A DNA stretch of 64,000 bases from Naegleria gruberi (Eukaryota). Positions 18,215 to 30,700 of the stretch are shown here, piece by piece. The position numbers and the translations under genes are program-made. The notes beneath the pieces are model-generated. The model was not told where the DNA came from, ran no database searches, and worked only from the letters and a program-made list of their open reading frames with translations. The DNA is taken from NCBI GenBank assembly GCA_000004985.1, contig GG738853.1, one strand, 5' to 3'. Each line of letters begins with the position of its first letter. The stretch's first letter is position 1.

Positions 18215-18760
18215 TTAATATTTAATAATATAATTAAGAACCAATGATGGTTGCATATTTTCATGAGCTGAATTTCCACCAACTTCATTGGTTGTGAAAT
18301 TGTGAGTATGATTGGCTCCTGTAAAATTATCGTCATCCTTATGAGTAGCTGGACCTCCACACCATCCTGGAGTATGGAAAACATCAGAAATTGGTCCAGA
18401 TTGATGAACTATAATGTAAGGTTGTTTGTTGGCTTTTCCAGTGGTTCCTGAGTGTGAATGACTTGGTAGTTCACTAATTTGCAATTGGTGAGATTCTTCT
18501 CCAACTTTTTGAGCTAGAGTTCTATTGGAAAGTCCAGCTCCGTGACCAATTCCAACAACTGCTCTTCCCCTGAGGTCGGGAACATTGAATGAGTGAGGTC
18601 CTCCTGTACTTCCATATGCATTTCCAATAGTTTGAAACAATCGAATATAATCTGGATGACTATTCGGATAGGTGGCTCCATCACACAATAACCAACCTGC
18701 TGGTATAGTTGTTCCAGCAAATGCATTCACAATACCAACAGGAATTATAATTTGAGATTC
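18215..18760 (-). CDS. Phage tail-collar-domain protein (PF07484-like; MdpB / T4 gp12-like short tail fibre C-terminal region). 5'-partial: the ORF is still open where it meets the N-gap at 18761.
   Basis: Translation: ...ESQIIIPVGIVNAFAGTTIPAGWLLCDGATYPNSHPDYIRLFQTIGNAYGSTGGPHSFNVPDLRGRAVVGIGHG...SHQLQISELPSHSH...ENMQPSLVLNYIIKY*. It has the canonical tail-collar motifs: P.G.I..(F/W)AG...P.GWLLCDG, (L/Y)F..IG..YG, (F)N(L/V)PDLRGR...G and C-terminal QP..(L)NYII. The frame is open across all 546 nt up to the gap. Codon usage is AT3-biased like neighbouring genes. Confidence 0.75.
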   Translation of the reverse strand, partial: ESQIIIPVGIVNAFAGTTIPAGWLLCDGATYPNSHPDYIRLFQTIGNAYGSTGGPHSFNVPDLRGRAVVGIGHGAGLSNRTLAQKVGEESHQLQISELPSHSHSGTTGKANKQPYIIVHQSGPISDVFHTPGWCGGPATHKDDDNFTGANHTHNFTTNEVGGNSAHENMQPSLVLNYIIKY

Positions 18761-21700
18761 NNNNNNNNNNNNNNNNNNNNNNNNNNNNNNNNNNNNNNNN
18801 NNNNNNNNNNNNNNNNNNNNNNNNNNNNNNNNNNNNNNNNNNNNNNNNNNNNNNNNNNNNNNNNNNNNNNNNNNNNNNNNNNNNNNNNNNNNNNNNNNNN
18901 NNNNNNNNNNNNNNNNNNNNNNNNNNNNNNNNNNNNNNNNNNNNNNNNNNNNNNNNNNNNNNNNNNNNNNNNNNNNNNNNNNNNNNNNNNNNNNNNNNNN
19001 NNNNNNNNNNNNNNNNNNNNNNNNNNNNNNNNNNNNNNNNNNNNNNNNNNNNNNNNNNNNNNNNNNNNNNNNNNNNNNNNNNNNNNNNNNNNNNNNNNNN
19101 NNNNNNNNNNNNNNNNNNNNNNNNNNNNNNNNNNNNNNNNNNNNNNNNNNNNNNNNNNNNNNNNNNNNNNNNNNNNNNNNNNNNNNNNNNNNNNNNNNNN
19201 NNNNNNNNNNNNNNNNNNNNNNNNNNNNNNNNNNNNNNNNNNNNNNNNNNNNNNNNNNNNNNNNNNNNNNNNNNNNNNNNNNNNNNNNNNNNNNNNNNNN
19301 NNNNNNNNNNNNNNNNNNNNNNNNNNNNNNNNNNNNNNNNNNNNNNNNNNNNNNNNNNNNNNNNNNNNNNNNNNNNNNNNNNNNNNNNNNNNNNNNNNNN
19401 NNNNNNNNNNNNNNNNNNNNNNNNNNNNNNNNNNNNNNNNNNNNNNNNNNNNNNNNNNNNNNNNNNNNNNNNNNNNNNNNNNNNNNNNNNNNNNNNNNNN
19501 NNNNNNNNNNNNNNNNNNNNNNNNNNNNNNNNNNNNNNNNNNNNNNNNNNNNNNNNNNNNNNNNNNNNNNNNNNNNNNNNNNNNNNNNNNNNNNNNNNNN
19601 NNNNNNNNNNNNNNNNNNNNNNNNNNNNNNNNNNNNNNNNNNNNNNNNNNNNNNNNNNNNNNNNNNNNNNNNNNNNNNNNNNNNNNNNNNNNNNNNNNNN
19701 NNNNNNNNNNNNNNNNNNNNNNNNNNNNNNNNNNNNNNNNNNNNNNNNNNNNNNNNNNNNNNNNNNNNNNNNNNNNNNNNNNNNNNNNNNNNNNNNNNNN
19801 NNNNNNNNNNNNNNNNNNNNNNNNNNNNNNNNNNNNNNNNNNNNNNNNNNNNNNNNNNNNNNNNNNNNNNNNNNNNNNNNNNNNNNNNNNNNNNNNNNNN
19901 NNNNNNNNNNNNNNNNNNNNNNNNNNNNNNNNNNNNNNNNNNNNNNNNNNNNNNNNNNNNNNNNNNNNNNNNNNNNNNNNNNNNNNNNNNNNNNNNNNNN
20001 NNNNNNNNNNNNNNNNNNNNNNNNNNNNNNNNNNNNNNNNNNNNNNNNNNNNNNNNNNNNNNNNNNNNNNNNNNNNNNNNNNNNNNNNNNNNNNNNNNNN
20101 NNNNNNNNNNNNNNNNNNNNNNNNNNNNNNNNNNNNNNNNNNNNNNNNNNNNNNNNNNNNNNNNNNNNNNNNNNNNNNNNNNNNNNNNNNNNNNNNNNNN
20201 NNNNNNNNNNNNNNNNNNNNNNNNNNNNNNNNNNNNNNNNNNNNNNNNNNNNNNNNNNNNNNNNNNNNNNNNNNNNNNNNNNNNNNNNNNNNNNNNNNNN
20301 NNNNNNNNNNNNNNNNNNNNNNNNNNNNNNNNNNNNNNNNNNNNNNNNNNNNNNNNNNNNNNNNNNNNNNNNNNNNNNNNNNNNNNNNNNNNNNNNNNNN
20401 NNNNNNNNNNNNNNNNNNNNNNNNNNNNNNNNNNNNNNNNNNNNNNNNNNNNNNNNNNNNNNNNNNNNNNNNNNNNNNNNNNNNNNNNNNNNNNNNNNNN
20501 NNNNNNNNNNNNNNNNNNNNNNNNNNNNNNNNNNNNNNNNNNNNNNNNNNNNNNNNNNNNNNNNNNNNNNNNNNNNNNNNNNNNNNNNNNNNNNNNNNNN
20601 NNNNNNNNNNNNNNNNNNNNNNNNNNNNNNNNNNNNNNNNNNNNNNNNNNNNNNNNNNNNNNNNNNNNNNNNNNNNNNNNNNNNNNNNNNNNNNNNNNNN
20701 NNNNNNNNNNNNNNNNNNNNNNNNNNNNNNNNNNNNNNNNNNNNNNNNNNNNNNNNNNNNNNNNNNNNNNNNNNNNNNNNNNNNNNNNNNNNNNNNNNNN
20801 NNNNNNNNNNNNNNNNNNNNNNNNNNNNNNNNNNNNNNNNNNNNNNNNNNNNNNNNNNNNNNNNNNNNNNNNNNNNNNNNNNNNNNNNNNNNNNNNNNNN
20901 NNNNNNNNNNNNNNNNNNNNNNNNNNNNNNNNNNNNNNNNNNNNNNNNNNNNNNNNNNNNNNNNNNNNNNNNNNNNNNNNNNNNNNNNNNNNNNNNNNNN
21001 NNNNNNNNNNNNNNNNNNNNNNNNNNNNNNNNNNNNNNNNNNNNNNNNNNNNNNNNNNNNNNNNNNNNNNNNNNNNNNNNNNNNNNNNNNNNNNNNNNNN
21101 NNNNNNNNNNNNNNNNNNNNNNNNNNNNNNNNNNNNNNNNNNNNNNNNNNNNNNNNNNNNNNNNNNNNNNNNNNNNNNNNNNNNNNNNNNNNNNNNNNNN
21201 NNNNNNNNNNNNNNNNNNNNNNNNNNNNNNNNNNNNNNNNNNNNNNNNNNNNNNNNNNNNNNNNNNNNNNNNNNNNNNNNNNNNNNNNNNNNNNNNNNNN
21301 NNNNNNNNNNNNNNNNNNNNNNNNNNNNNNNNNNNNNNNNNNNNNNNNNNNNNNNNNNNNNNNNNNNNNNNNNNNNNNNNNNNNNNNNNNNNNNNNNNNN
21401 NNNNNNNNNNNNNNNNNNNNNNNNNNNNNNNNNNNNNNNNNNNNNNNNNNNNNNNNNNNNNNNNNNNNNNNNNNNNNNNNNNNNNNNNNNNNNNNNNNNN
21501 NNNNNNNNNNNNNNNNNNNNNNNNNNNNNNNNNNNNNNNNNNNNNNNNNNNNNNNNNNNNNNNNNNNNNNNNNNNNNNNNNNNNNNNNNNNNNNNNNNNN
21601 NNNNNNNNNNNNNNNNNNNNNNNNNNNNNNNNNNNNNNNNNNNNNNNNNNNNNNNNNNNNNNNNNNNNNNNNNNNNNNNNNNNNNNNNNNNNNNNNNNNN

Positions 21701-24700
21701 NNNNNNNNNNNNNNNNNNNNNNNNNNNNNNNNNNNNNNNNNNNNNNNNNNNNNNNNNNNNNNNNNNNNNNNNNNNNNNNNNNNNNNNNNNNNNNNNNNNN
21801 NNNNNNNNNNNNNNNNNNNNNNNNNNNNNNNNNNNNNNNNNNNNNNNNNNNNNNNNNNNNNNNNNNNNNNNNNNNNNNNNNNNNNNNNNNNNNNNNNNNN
21901 NNNNNNNNNNNNNNNNNNNNNNNNNNNNNNNNNNNNNNNNNNNNNNNNNNNNNNNNNNNNNNNNNNNNNNNNNNNNNNNNNNNNNNNNNNNNNNNNNNNN
22001 NNNNNNNNNNNNNNNNNNNNNNNNNNNNNNNNNNNNNNNNNNNNNNNNNNNNNNNNNNNNNNNNNNNNNNNNNNNNNNNNNNNNNNNNNNNNNNNNNNNN
22101 NNNNNNNNNNNNNNNNNNNNNNNNNNNNNNNNNNNNNNNNNNNNNNNNNNNNNNNNNNNNNNNNNNNNNNNNNNNNNNNNNNNNNNNNNNNNNNNNNNNN
22201 NNNNNNNNNNNNNNNNNNNNNNNNNNNNNNNNNNNNNNNNNNNNNNNNNNNNNNNNNNNNNNNNNNNNNNNNNNNNNNNNNNNNNNNNNNNNNNNNNNNN
22301 NNNNNNNNNNNNNNNNNNNNNNNNNNNNNNNNNNNNNNNNNNNNNNNNNNNNNNNNNNNNNNNNNNNNNNNNNNNNNNNNNNNNNNNNNNNNNNNNNNNN
22401 NNNNNNNNNNNNNNNNNNNNNNNNNNNNNNNNNNNNNNNNNNNNNNNNNNNNNNNNNNNNNNNNNNNNNNNNNNNNNNNNNNNNNNNNNNNNNNNNNNNN
22501 NNNNNNNNNNNNNNNNNNNNNNNNNNNNNNNNNNNNNNNNNNNNNNNNNNNNNNNNNNNNNNNNNNNNNNNNNNNNNNNNNNNNNNNNNNNNNNNNNNNN
22601 NNNNNNNNNNNNNNNNNNNNNNNNNNNNNNNNNNNNNNNNNNNNNNNNNNNNNNNNNNNNNNNNNNNNNNNNNNNNNNNNNNNNNNNNNNNNNNNNNNNN
22701 NNNNNNNNNNNNNNNNNNNNNNNNNNNNNNNNNNNNNNNNNNNNNNNNNNNNNNNNNNNNNNNNNNNNNNNNNNNNNNNNNNNNNNNNNNNNNNNNNNNN
22801 NNNNNNNNNNNNNNNNNNNNNNNNNNNNNNNNNNNNNNNNNNNNNNNNNNNNNNNNNNNNNNNNNNNNNNNNNNNNNNNNNNNNNNNNNNNNNNNNNNNN
22901 NNNNNNNNNNNNNNNNNNNNNNNNNNNNNNNNNNNNNNNNNNNNNNNNNNNNNNNNNNNNNNNNNNNNNNNNNNNNNNNNNNNNNNNNNNNNNNNNNNNN
23001 NNNNNNNNNNNNNNNNNNNNNNNNNNNNNNNNNNNNNNNNNNNNNNNNNNNNNNNNNNNNNNNNNNNNNNNNNNNNNNNNNNNNNNNNNNNNNNNNNNNN
23101 NNNNNNNNNNNNNNNNNNNNNNNNNNNNNNNNNNNNNNNNNNNNNNNNNNNNNNNNNNNNNNNNNNNNNNNNNNNNNNNNNNNNNNNNNNNNNNNNNNNN
23201 NNNNNNNNNNNNNNNNNNNNNNNNNNNNNNNNNNNNNNNNNNNNNNNNNNNNNNNNNNNNNNNNNNNNNNNNNNNNNNNNNNNNNNNNNNNNNNNNNNNN
23301 NNNNNNNNNNNNNNNNNNNNNNNNNNNNNNNNNNNNNNNNNNNNNNNNNNNNNNNNNNNNNNNNNNNNNNNNNNNNNNNNNNNNNNNNNNNNNNNNNNNN
23401 NNNNNNNNNNNNNNNNNNNNNNNNNNNNNNNNNNNNNNNNNNNNNNNNNNNNNNNNNNNNNNNNNNNNNNNNNNNNNNNNNNNNNNNNNNNNNNNNNNNN
23501 NNNNNNNNNNNNNNNNNNNNNNNNNNNNNNNNNNNNNNNNNNNNNNNNNNNNNNNNNNNNNNNNNNNNNNNNNNNNNNNNNNNNNNNNNNNNNNNNNNNN
23601 NNNNNNNNNNNNNNNNNNNNNNNNNNNNNNNNNNNNNNNNNNNNNNNNNNNNNNNNNNNNNNNNNNNNNNNNNNNNNNNNNNNNNNNNNNNNNNNNNNNN
23701 NNNNNNNNNNNNNNNNNNNNNNNNNNNNNNNNNNNNNNNNNNNNNNNNNNNNNNNNNNNNNNNNNNNNNNNNNNNNNNNNNNNNNNNNNNNNNNNNNNNN
23801 NNNNNNNNNNNNNNNNNNNNNNNNNNNNNNNNNNNNNNNNNNNNNNNNNNNNNNNNNNNNNNNNNNNNNNNNNNNNNNNNNNNNNNNNNNNNNNNNNNNN
23901 NNNNNNNNNNNNNNNNNNNNNNNNNNNNNNNNNNNNNNNNNNNNNNNNNNNNNNNNNNNNNNNNNNNNNNNNNNNNNNNNNNNNNNNNNNNNNNNNNNNN
24001 NNNNNNNNNNNNNNNNNNNNNNNNNNNNNNNNNNNNNNNNNNNNNNNNNNNNNNNNNNNNNNNNNNNNNNNNNNNNNNNNNNNNNNNNNNNNNNNNNNNN
24101 NNNNNNNNNNNNNNNNNNNNNNNNNNNNNNNNNNNNNNNNNNNNNNNNNNNNNNNNNNNNNNNNNNNNNNNNNNNNNNNNNNNNNNNNNNNNNNNNNNNN
24201 NNNNNNNNNNNNNNNNNNNNNNNNNNNNNNNNNNNNNNNNNNNNNNNNNNNNNNNNNNNNNNNNNNNNNNNNNNNNNNNNNNNNNNNNNNNNNNNNNNNN
24301 NNNNNNNNNNNNNNNNNNNNNNNNNNNNNNNNNNNNNNNNNNNNNNNNNNNNNNNNNNNNNNNNNNNNNNNNNNNNNNNNNNNNNNNNNNNNNNNNNNNN
24401 NNNNNNNNNNNNNNNNNNNNNNNNNNNNNNNNNNNNNNNNNNNNNNNNNNNNNNNNNNNNNNNNNNNNNNNNNNNNNNNNNNNNNNNNNNNNNNNNNNNN
24501 NNNNNNNNNNNNNNNNNNNNNNNNNNNNNNNNNNNNNNNNNNNNNNNNNNNNNNNNNNNNNNNNNNNNNNNNNNNNNNNNNNNNNNNNNNNNNNNNNNNN
24601 NNNNNNNNNNNNNNNNNNNNNNNNNNNNNNNNNNNNNNNNNNNNNNNNNNNNNNNNNNNNNNNNNNNNNNNNNNNNNNNNNNNNNNNNNNNNNNNNNNNN

Positions 24701-27700
24701 NNNNNNNNNNNNNNNNNNNNNNNNNNNNNNNNNNNNNNNNNNNNNNNNNNNNNNNNNNNNNNNNNNNNNNNNNNNNNNNNNNNNNNNNNNNNNNNNNNNN
24801 NNNNNNNNNNNNNNNNNNNNNNNNNNNNNNNNNNNNNNNNNNNNNNNNNNNNNNNNNNNNNNNNNNNNNNNNNNNNNNNNNNNNNNNNNNNNNNNNNNNN
24901 NNNNNNNNNNNNNNNNNNNNNNNNNNNNNNNNNNNNNNNNNNNNNNNNNNNNNNNNNNNNNNNNNNNNNNNNNNNNNNNNNNNNNNNNNNNNNNNNNNNN
25001 NNNNNNNNNNNNNNNNNNNNNNNNNNNNNNNNNNNNNNNNNNNNNNNNNNNNNNNNNNNNNNNNNNNNNNNNNNNNNNNNNNNNNNNNNNNNNNNNNNNN
25101 NNNNNNNNNNNNNNNNNNNNNNNNNNNNNNNNNNNNNNNNNNNNNNNNNNNNNNNNNNNNNNNNNNNNNNNNNNNNNNNNNNNNNNNNNNNNNNNNNNNN
25201 NNNNNNNNNNNNNNNNNNNNNNNNNNNNNNNNNNNNNNNNNNNNNNNNNNNNNNNNNNNNNNNNNNNNNNNNNNNNNNNNNNNNNNNNNNNNNNNNNNNN
25301 NNNNNNNNNNNNNNNNNNNNNNNNNNNNNNNNNNNNNNNNNNNNNNNNNNNNNNNNNNNNNNNNNNNNNNNNNNNNNNNNNNNNNNNNNNNNNNNNNNNN
25401 NNNNNNNNNNNNNNNNNNNNNNNNNNNNNNNNNNNNNNNNNNNNNNNNNNNNNNNNNNNNNNNNNNNNNNNNNNNNNNNNNNNNNNNNNNNNNNNNNNNN
25501 NNNNNNNNNNNNNNNNNNNNNNNNNNNNNNNNNNNNNNNNNNNNNNNNNNNNNNNNNNNNNNNNNNNNNNNNNNNNNNNNNNNNNNNNNNNNNNNNNNNN
25601 NNNNNNNNNNNNNNNNNNNNNNNNNNNNNNNNNNNNNNNNNNNNNNNNNNNNNNNNNNNNNNNNNNNNNNNNNNNNNNNNNNNNNNNNNNNNNNNNNNNN
25701 NNNNNNNNNNNNNNNNNNNNNNNNNNNNNNNNNNNNNNNNNNNNNNNNNNNNNNNNNNNNNNNNNNNNNNNNNNNNNNNNNNNNNNNNNNNNNNNNNNNN
25801 NNNNNNNNNNNNNNNNNNNNNNNNNNNNNNNNNNNNNNNNNNNNNNNNNNNNNNNNNNNNNNNNNNNNNNNNNNNNNNNNNNNNNNNNNNNNNNNNNNNN
25901 NNNNNNNNNNNNNNNNNNNNNNNNNNNNNNNNNNNNNNNNNNNNNNNNNNNNNNNNNNNNNNNNNNNNNNNNNNNNNNNNNNNNNNNNNNNNNNNNNNNN
26001 NNNNNNNNNNNNNNNNNNNNNNNNNNNNNNNNNNNNNNNNNNNNNNNNNNNNNNNNNNNNNNNNNNNNNNNNNNNNNNNNNNNNNNNNNNNNNNNNNNNN
26101 NNNNNNNNNNNNNNNNNNNNNNNNNNNNNNNNNNNNNNNNNNNNNNNNNNNNNNNNNNNNNNNNNNNNNNNNNNNNNNNNNNNNNNNNNNNNNNNNNNNN
26201 NNNNNNNNNNNNNNNNNNNNNNNNNNNNNNNNNNNNNNNNNNNNNNNNNNNNNNNNNNNNNNNNNNNNNNNNNNNNNNNNNNNNNNNNNNNNNNNNNNNN
26301 NNNNNNNNNNNNNNNNNNNNNNNNNNNNNNNNNNNNNNNNNNNNNNNNNNNNNNNNNNNNNNNNNNNNNNNNNNNNNNNNNNNNNNNNNNNNNNNNNNNN
26401 NNNNNNNNNNNNNNNNNNNNNNNNNNNNNNNNNNNNNNNNNNNNNNNNNNNNNNNNNNNNNNNNNNNNNNNNNNNNNNNNNNNNNNNNNNNNNNNNNNNN
26501 NNNNNNNNNNNNNNNNNNNNNNNNNNNNNNNNNNNNNNNNNNNNNNNNNNNNNNNNNNNNNNNNNNNNNNNNNNNNNNNNNNNNNNNNNNNNNNNNNNNN
26601 NNNNNNNNNNNNNNNNNNNNNNNNNNNNNNNNNNNNNNNNNNNNNNNNNNNNNNNNNNNNNNNNNNNNNNNNNNNNNNNNNNNNNNNNNNNNNNNNNNNN
26701 NNNNNNNNNNNNNNNNNNNNNNNNNNNNNNNNNNNNNNNNNNNNNNNNNNNNNNNNNNNNNNNNNNNNNNNNNNNNNNNNNNNNNNNNNNNNNNNNNNNN
26801 NNNNNNNNNNNNNNNNNNNNNNNNNNNNNNNNNNNNNNNNNNNNNNNNNNNNNNNNNNNNNNNNNNNNNNNNNNNNNNNNNNNNNNNNNNNNNNNNNNNN
26901 NNNNNNNNNNNNNNNNNNNNNNNNNNNNNNNNNNNNNNNNNNNNNNNNNNNNNNNNNNNNNNNNNNNNNNNNNNNNNNNNNNNNNNNNNNNNNNNNNNNN
27001 NNNNNNNNNNNNNNNNNNNNNNNNNNNNNNNNNNNNNNNNNNNNNNNNNNNNNNNNNNNNNNNNNNNNNNNNNNNNNNNNNNNNNNNNNNNNNNNNNNNN
27101 NNNNNNNNNNNNNNNNNNNNNNNNNNNNNNNNNNNNNNNNNNNNNNNNNNNNNNNNNNNNNNNNNNNNNNNNNNNNNNNNNNNNNNNNNNNNNNNNNNNN
27201 NNNNNNNNNNNNNNNNNNNNNNNNNNNNNNNNNNNNNNNNNNNNNNNNNNNNNNNNNNNNNNNNNNNNNNNNNNNNNNNNNNNNNNNNNNNNNNNNNNNN
27301 NNNNNNNNNNNNNNNNNNNNNNNNNNNNNNNNNNNNNNNNNNNNNNNNNNNNNNNNNNNNNNNNNNNNNNNNNNNNNNNNNNNNNNNNNNNNNNNNNNNN
27401 NNNNNNNNNNNNNNNNNNNNNNNNNNNNNNNNNNNNNNNNNNNNNNNNNNNNNNNNNNNNNNNNNNNNNNNNNNNNNNNNNNNNNNNNNNNNNNNNNNNN
27501 NNNNNNNNNNNNNNNNNNNNNNNNNNNNNNNNNNNNNNNNNNNNNNNNNNNNNNNNNNNNNNNNNNNNNNNNNNNNNNNNNNNNNNNNNNNNNNNNNNNN
27601 NNNNNNNNNNNNNNNNNNNNNNNNNNNNNNNNNNNNNNNNNNNNNNNNNNNNNNNNNNNNNNNNNNNNNNNNNNNNNNNNNNNNNNNNNNNNNNNNNNNN

Positions 27701-30700
27701 NNNNNNNNNNNNNNNNNNNNNNNNNNNNNNNNNNNNNNNNNNNNNNNNNNNNNNNNNNNNNNNNNNNNNNNNNNNNNNNNNNNNNNNNNNNNNNNNNNNN
27801 NNNNNNNNNNNNNNNNNNNNNNNNNNNNNNNNNNNNNNNNNNNNNNNNNNNNNNNNNNNNNNNNNNNNNNNNNNNNNNNNNNNNNNNNNNNNNNNNNNNN
27901 NNNNNNNNNNNNNNNNNNNNNNNNNNNNNNNNNNNNNNNNNNNNNNNNNNNNNNNNNNNNNNNNNNNNNNNNNNNNNNNNNNNNNNNNNNNNNNNNNNNN
28001 NNNNNNNNNNNNNNNNNNNNNNNNNNNNNNNNNNNNNNNNNNNNNNNNNNNNNNNNNNNNNNNNNNNNNNNNNNNNNNNNNNNNNNNNNNNNNNNNNNNN
28101 NNNNNNNNNNNNNNNNNNNNNNNNNNNNNNNNNNNNNNNNNNNNNNNNNNNNNNNNNNNNNNNNNNNNNNNNNNNNNNNNNNNNNNNNNNNNNNNNNNNN
28201 NNNNNNNNNNNNNNNNNNNNNNNNNNNNNNNNNNNNNNNNNNNNNNNNNNNNNNNNNNNNNNNNNNNNNNNNNNNNNNNNNNNNNNNNNNNNNNNNNNNN
28301 NNNNNNNNNNNNNNNNNNNNNNNNNNNNNNNNNNNNNNNNNNNNNNNNNNNNNNNNNNNNNNNNNNNNNNNNNNNNNNNNNNNNNNNNNNNNNNNNNNNN
28401 NNNNNNNNNNNNNNNNNNNNNNNNNNNNNNNNNNNNNNNNNNNNNNNNNNNNNNNNNNNNNNNNNNNNNNNNNNNNNNNNNNNNNNNNNNNNNNNNNNNN
28501 NNNNNNNNNNNNNNNNNNNNNNNNNNNNNNNNNNNNNNNNNNNNNNNNNNNNNNNNNNNNNNNNNNNNNNNNNNNNNNNNNNNNNNNNNNNNNNNNNNNN
28601 NNNNNNNNNNNNNNNNNNNNNNNNNNNNNNNNNNNNNNNNNNNNNNNNNNNNNNNNNNNNNNNNNNNNNNNNNNNNNNNNNNNNNNNNNNNNNNNNNNNN
28701 NNNNNNNNNNNNNNNNNNNNNNNNNNNNNNNNNNNNNNNNNNNNNNNNNNNNNNNNNNNNNNNNNNNNNNNNNNNNNNNNNNNNNNNNNNNNNNNNNNNN
28801 NNNNNNNNNNNNNNNNNNNNNNNNNNNNNNNNNNNNNNNNNNNNNNNNNNNNNNNNNNNNNNNNNNNNNNNNNNNNNNNNNNNNNNNNNNNNNNNNNNNN
28901 NNNNNNNNNNNNNNNNNNNNNNNNNNNNNNNNNNNNNNNNNNNNNNNNNNNNNNNNNNNNNNNNNNNNNNNNNNNNNNNNNNNNNNNNNNNNNNNNNNNN
29001 NNNNNNNNNNNNNNNNNNNNNNNNNNNNNNNNNNNNNNNNNNNNNNNNNNNNNNNNNNNNNNNNNNNNNNNNNNNNNNNNNNNNNNNNNNNNNNNNNNNN
29101 NNNNNNNNNNNNNNNNNNNNNNNNNNNNNNNNNNNNNNNNNNNNNNNNNNNNNNNNNNNNNNNNNNNNNNNNNNNNNNNNNNNNNNNNNNNNNNNNNNNN
29201 NNNNNNNNNNNNNNNNNNNNNNNNNNNNNNNNNNNNNNNNNNNNNNNNNNNNNNNNNNNNNNNNNNNNNNNNNNNNNNNNNNNNNNNNNNNNNNNNNNNN
29301 NNNNNNNNNNNNNNNNNNNNNNNNNNNNNNNNNNNNNNNNNNNNNNNNNNNNNNNNNNNNNNNNNNNNNNNNNNNNNNNNNNNNNNNNNNNNNNNNNNNN
29401 NNNNNNNNNNNNNNNNNNNNNNNNNNNNNNNNNNNNNNNNNNNNNNNNNNNNNNNNNNNNNNNNNNNNNNNNNNNNNNNNNNNNNNNNNNNNNNNNNNNN
29501 NNNNNNNNNNNNNNNNNNNNNNNNNNNNNNNNNNNNNNNNNNNNNNNNNNNNNNNNNNNNNNNNNNNNNNNNNNNNNNNNNNNNNNNNNNNNNNNNNNNN
29601 NNNNNNNNNNNNNNNNNNNNNNNNNNNNNNNNNNNNNNNNNNNNNNNNNNNNNNNNNNNNNNNNNNNNNNNNNNNNNNNNNNNNNNNNNNNNNNNNNNNN
29701 NNNNNNNNNNNNNNNNNNNNNNNNNNNNNNNNNNNNNNNNNNNNNNNNNNNNNNNNNNNNNNNNNNNNNNNNNNNNNNNNNNNNNNNNNNNNNNNNNNNN
29801 NNNNNNNNNNNNNNNNNNNNNNNNNNNNNNNNNNNNNNNNNNNNNNNNNNNNNNNNNNNNNNNNNNNNNNNNNNNNNNNNNNNNNNNNNNNNNNNNNNNN
29901 NNNNNNNNNNNNNNNNNNNNNNNNNNNNNNNNNNNNNNNNNNNNNNNNNNNNNNNNNNNNNNNNNNNNNNNNNNNNNNNNNNNNNNNNNNNNNNNNNNNN
30001 NNNNNNNNNNNNNNNNNNNNNNNNNNNNNNNNNNNNNNNNNNNNNNNNNNNNNNNNNNNNNNNNNNNNNNNNNNNNNNNNNNNNNNNNNNNNNNNNNNNN
30101 NNNNNNNNNNNNNNNNNNNNNNNNNNNNNNNNNNNNNNNNNNNNNNNNNNNNNNNNNNNNNNNNNNNNNNNNNNNNNNNNNNNNNNNNNNNNNNNNNNNN
30201 NNNNNNNNNNNNNNNNNNNNNNNNNNNNNNNNNNNNNNNNNNNNNNNNNNNNNNNNNNNNNNNNNNNNNNNNNNNNNNNNNNNNNNNNNNNNNNNNNNNN
30301 NNNNNNNNNNNNNNNNNNNNNNNNNNNNNNNNNNNNNNNNNNNNNNNNNNNNNNNNNNNNNNNNNNNNNNNNNNNNNNNNNNNNNNNNNNNNNNNNNNNN
30401 NNNNNNNNNNNNNNNNNNNNNNNNNNNNNNNNNNNNNNNNNNNNNNNNNNNNNNNNNNNNNNNNNNNNNNNNNNNNNNNNNNNNNNNNNNNNNNNNNNNN
30501 NNNNNNNNNNNNNNNNNNNNNNNNNNNNNNNNNNNNNNNNNNNNNNNNNNNNNNNNNNNNNNNNNNNNNNNNNNNNNNNNNNNNNNNNNNNNNNNNNNNN
30601 NNNNNNNNNNNNNNNNNNNNNNNNNNNNNNNNNNNNNNNNNNNNNNNNNNNNNNNNNNNNNNNNNNNNNNNNNNNNNNNNNNNNNNNNNNNNNNNNNNNN

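Noticed and set aside
18181-18726. ORFs 18181..18384(-) and 18514..18726(-) in other frames of the tail-collar gene
   Set aside because: They are out-of-frame readings. The tail-collar frame has family-specific motifs end to end.
1-18760. Searched for CRISPR arrays, tRNA/rRNA genes, terminal inverted repeats, transposase or integrase ORFs, and prokaryotic defence-system signatures
   Set aside because: None seen. No direct-repeat/spacer periodicity, no tRNA-like cloverleaf candidates and no transposase-like ORFs. The gene structures are eukaryotic, so prokaryotic island or operon frameworks do not apply.
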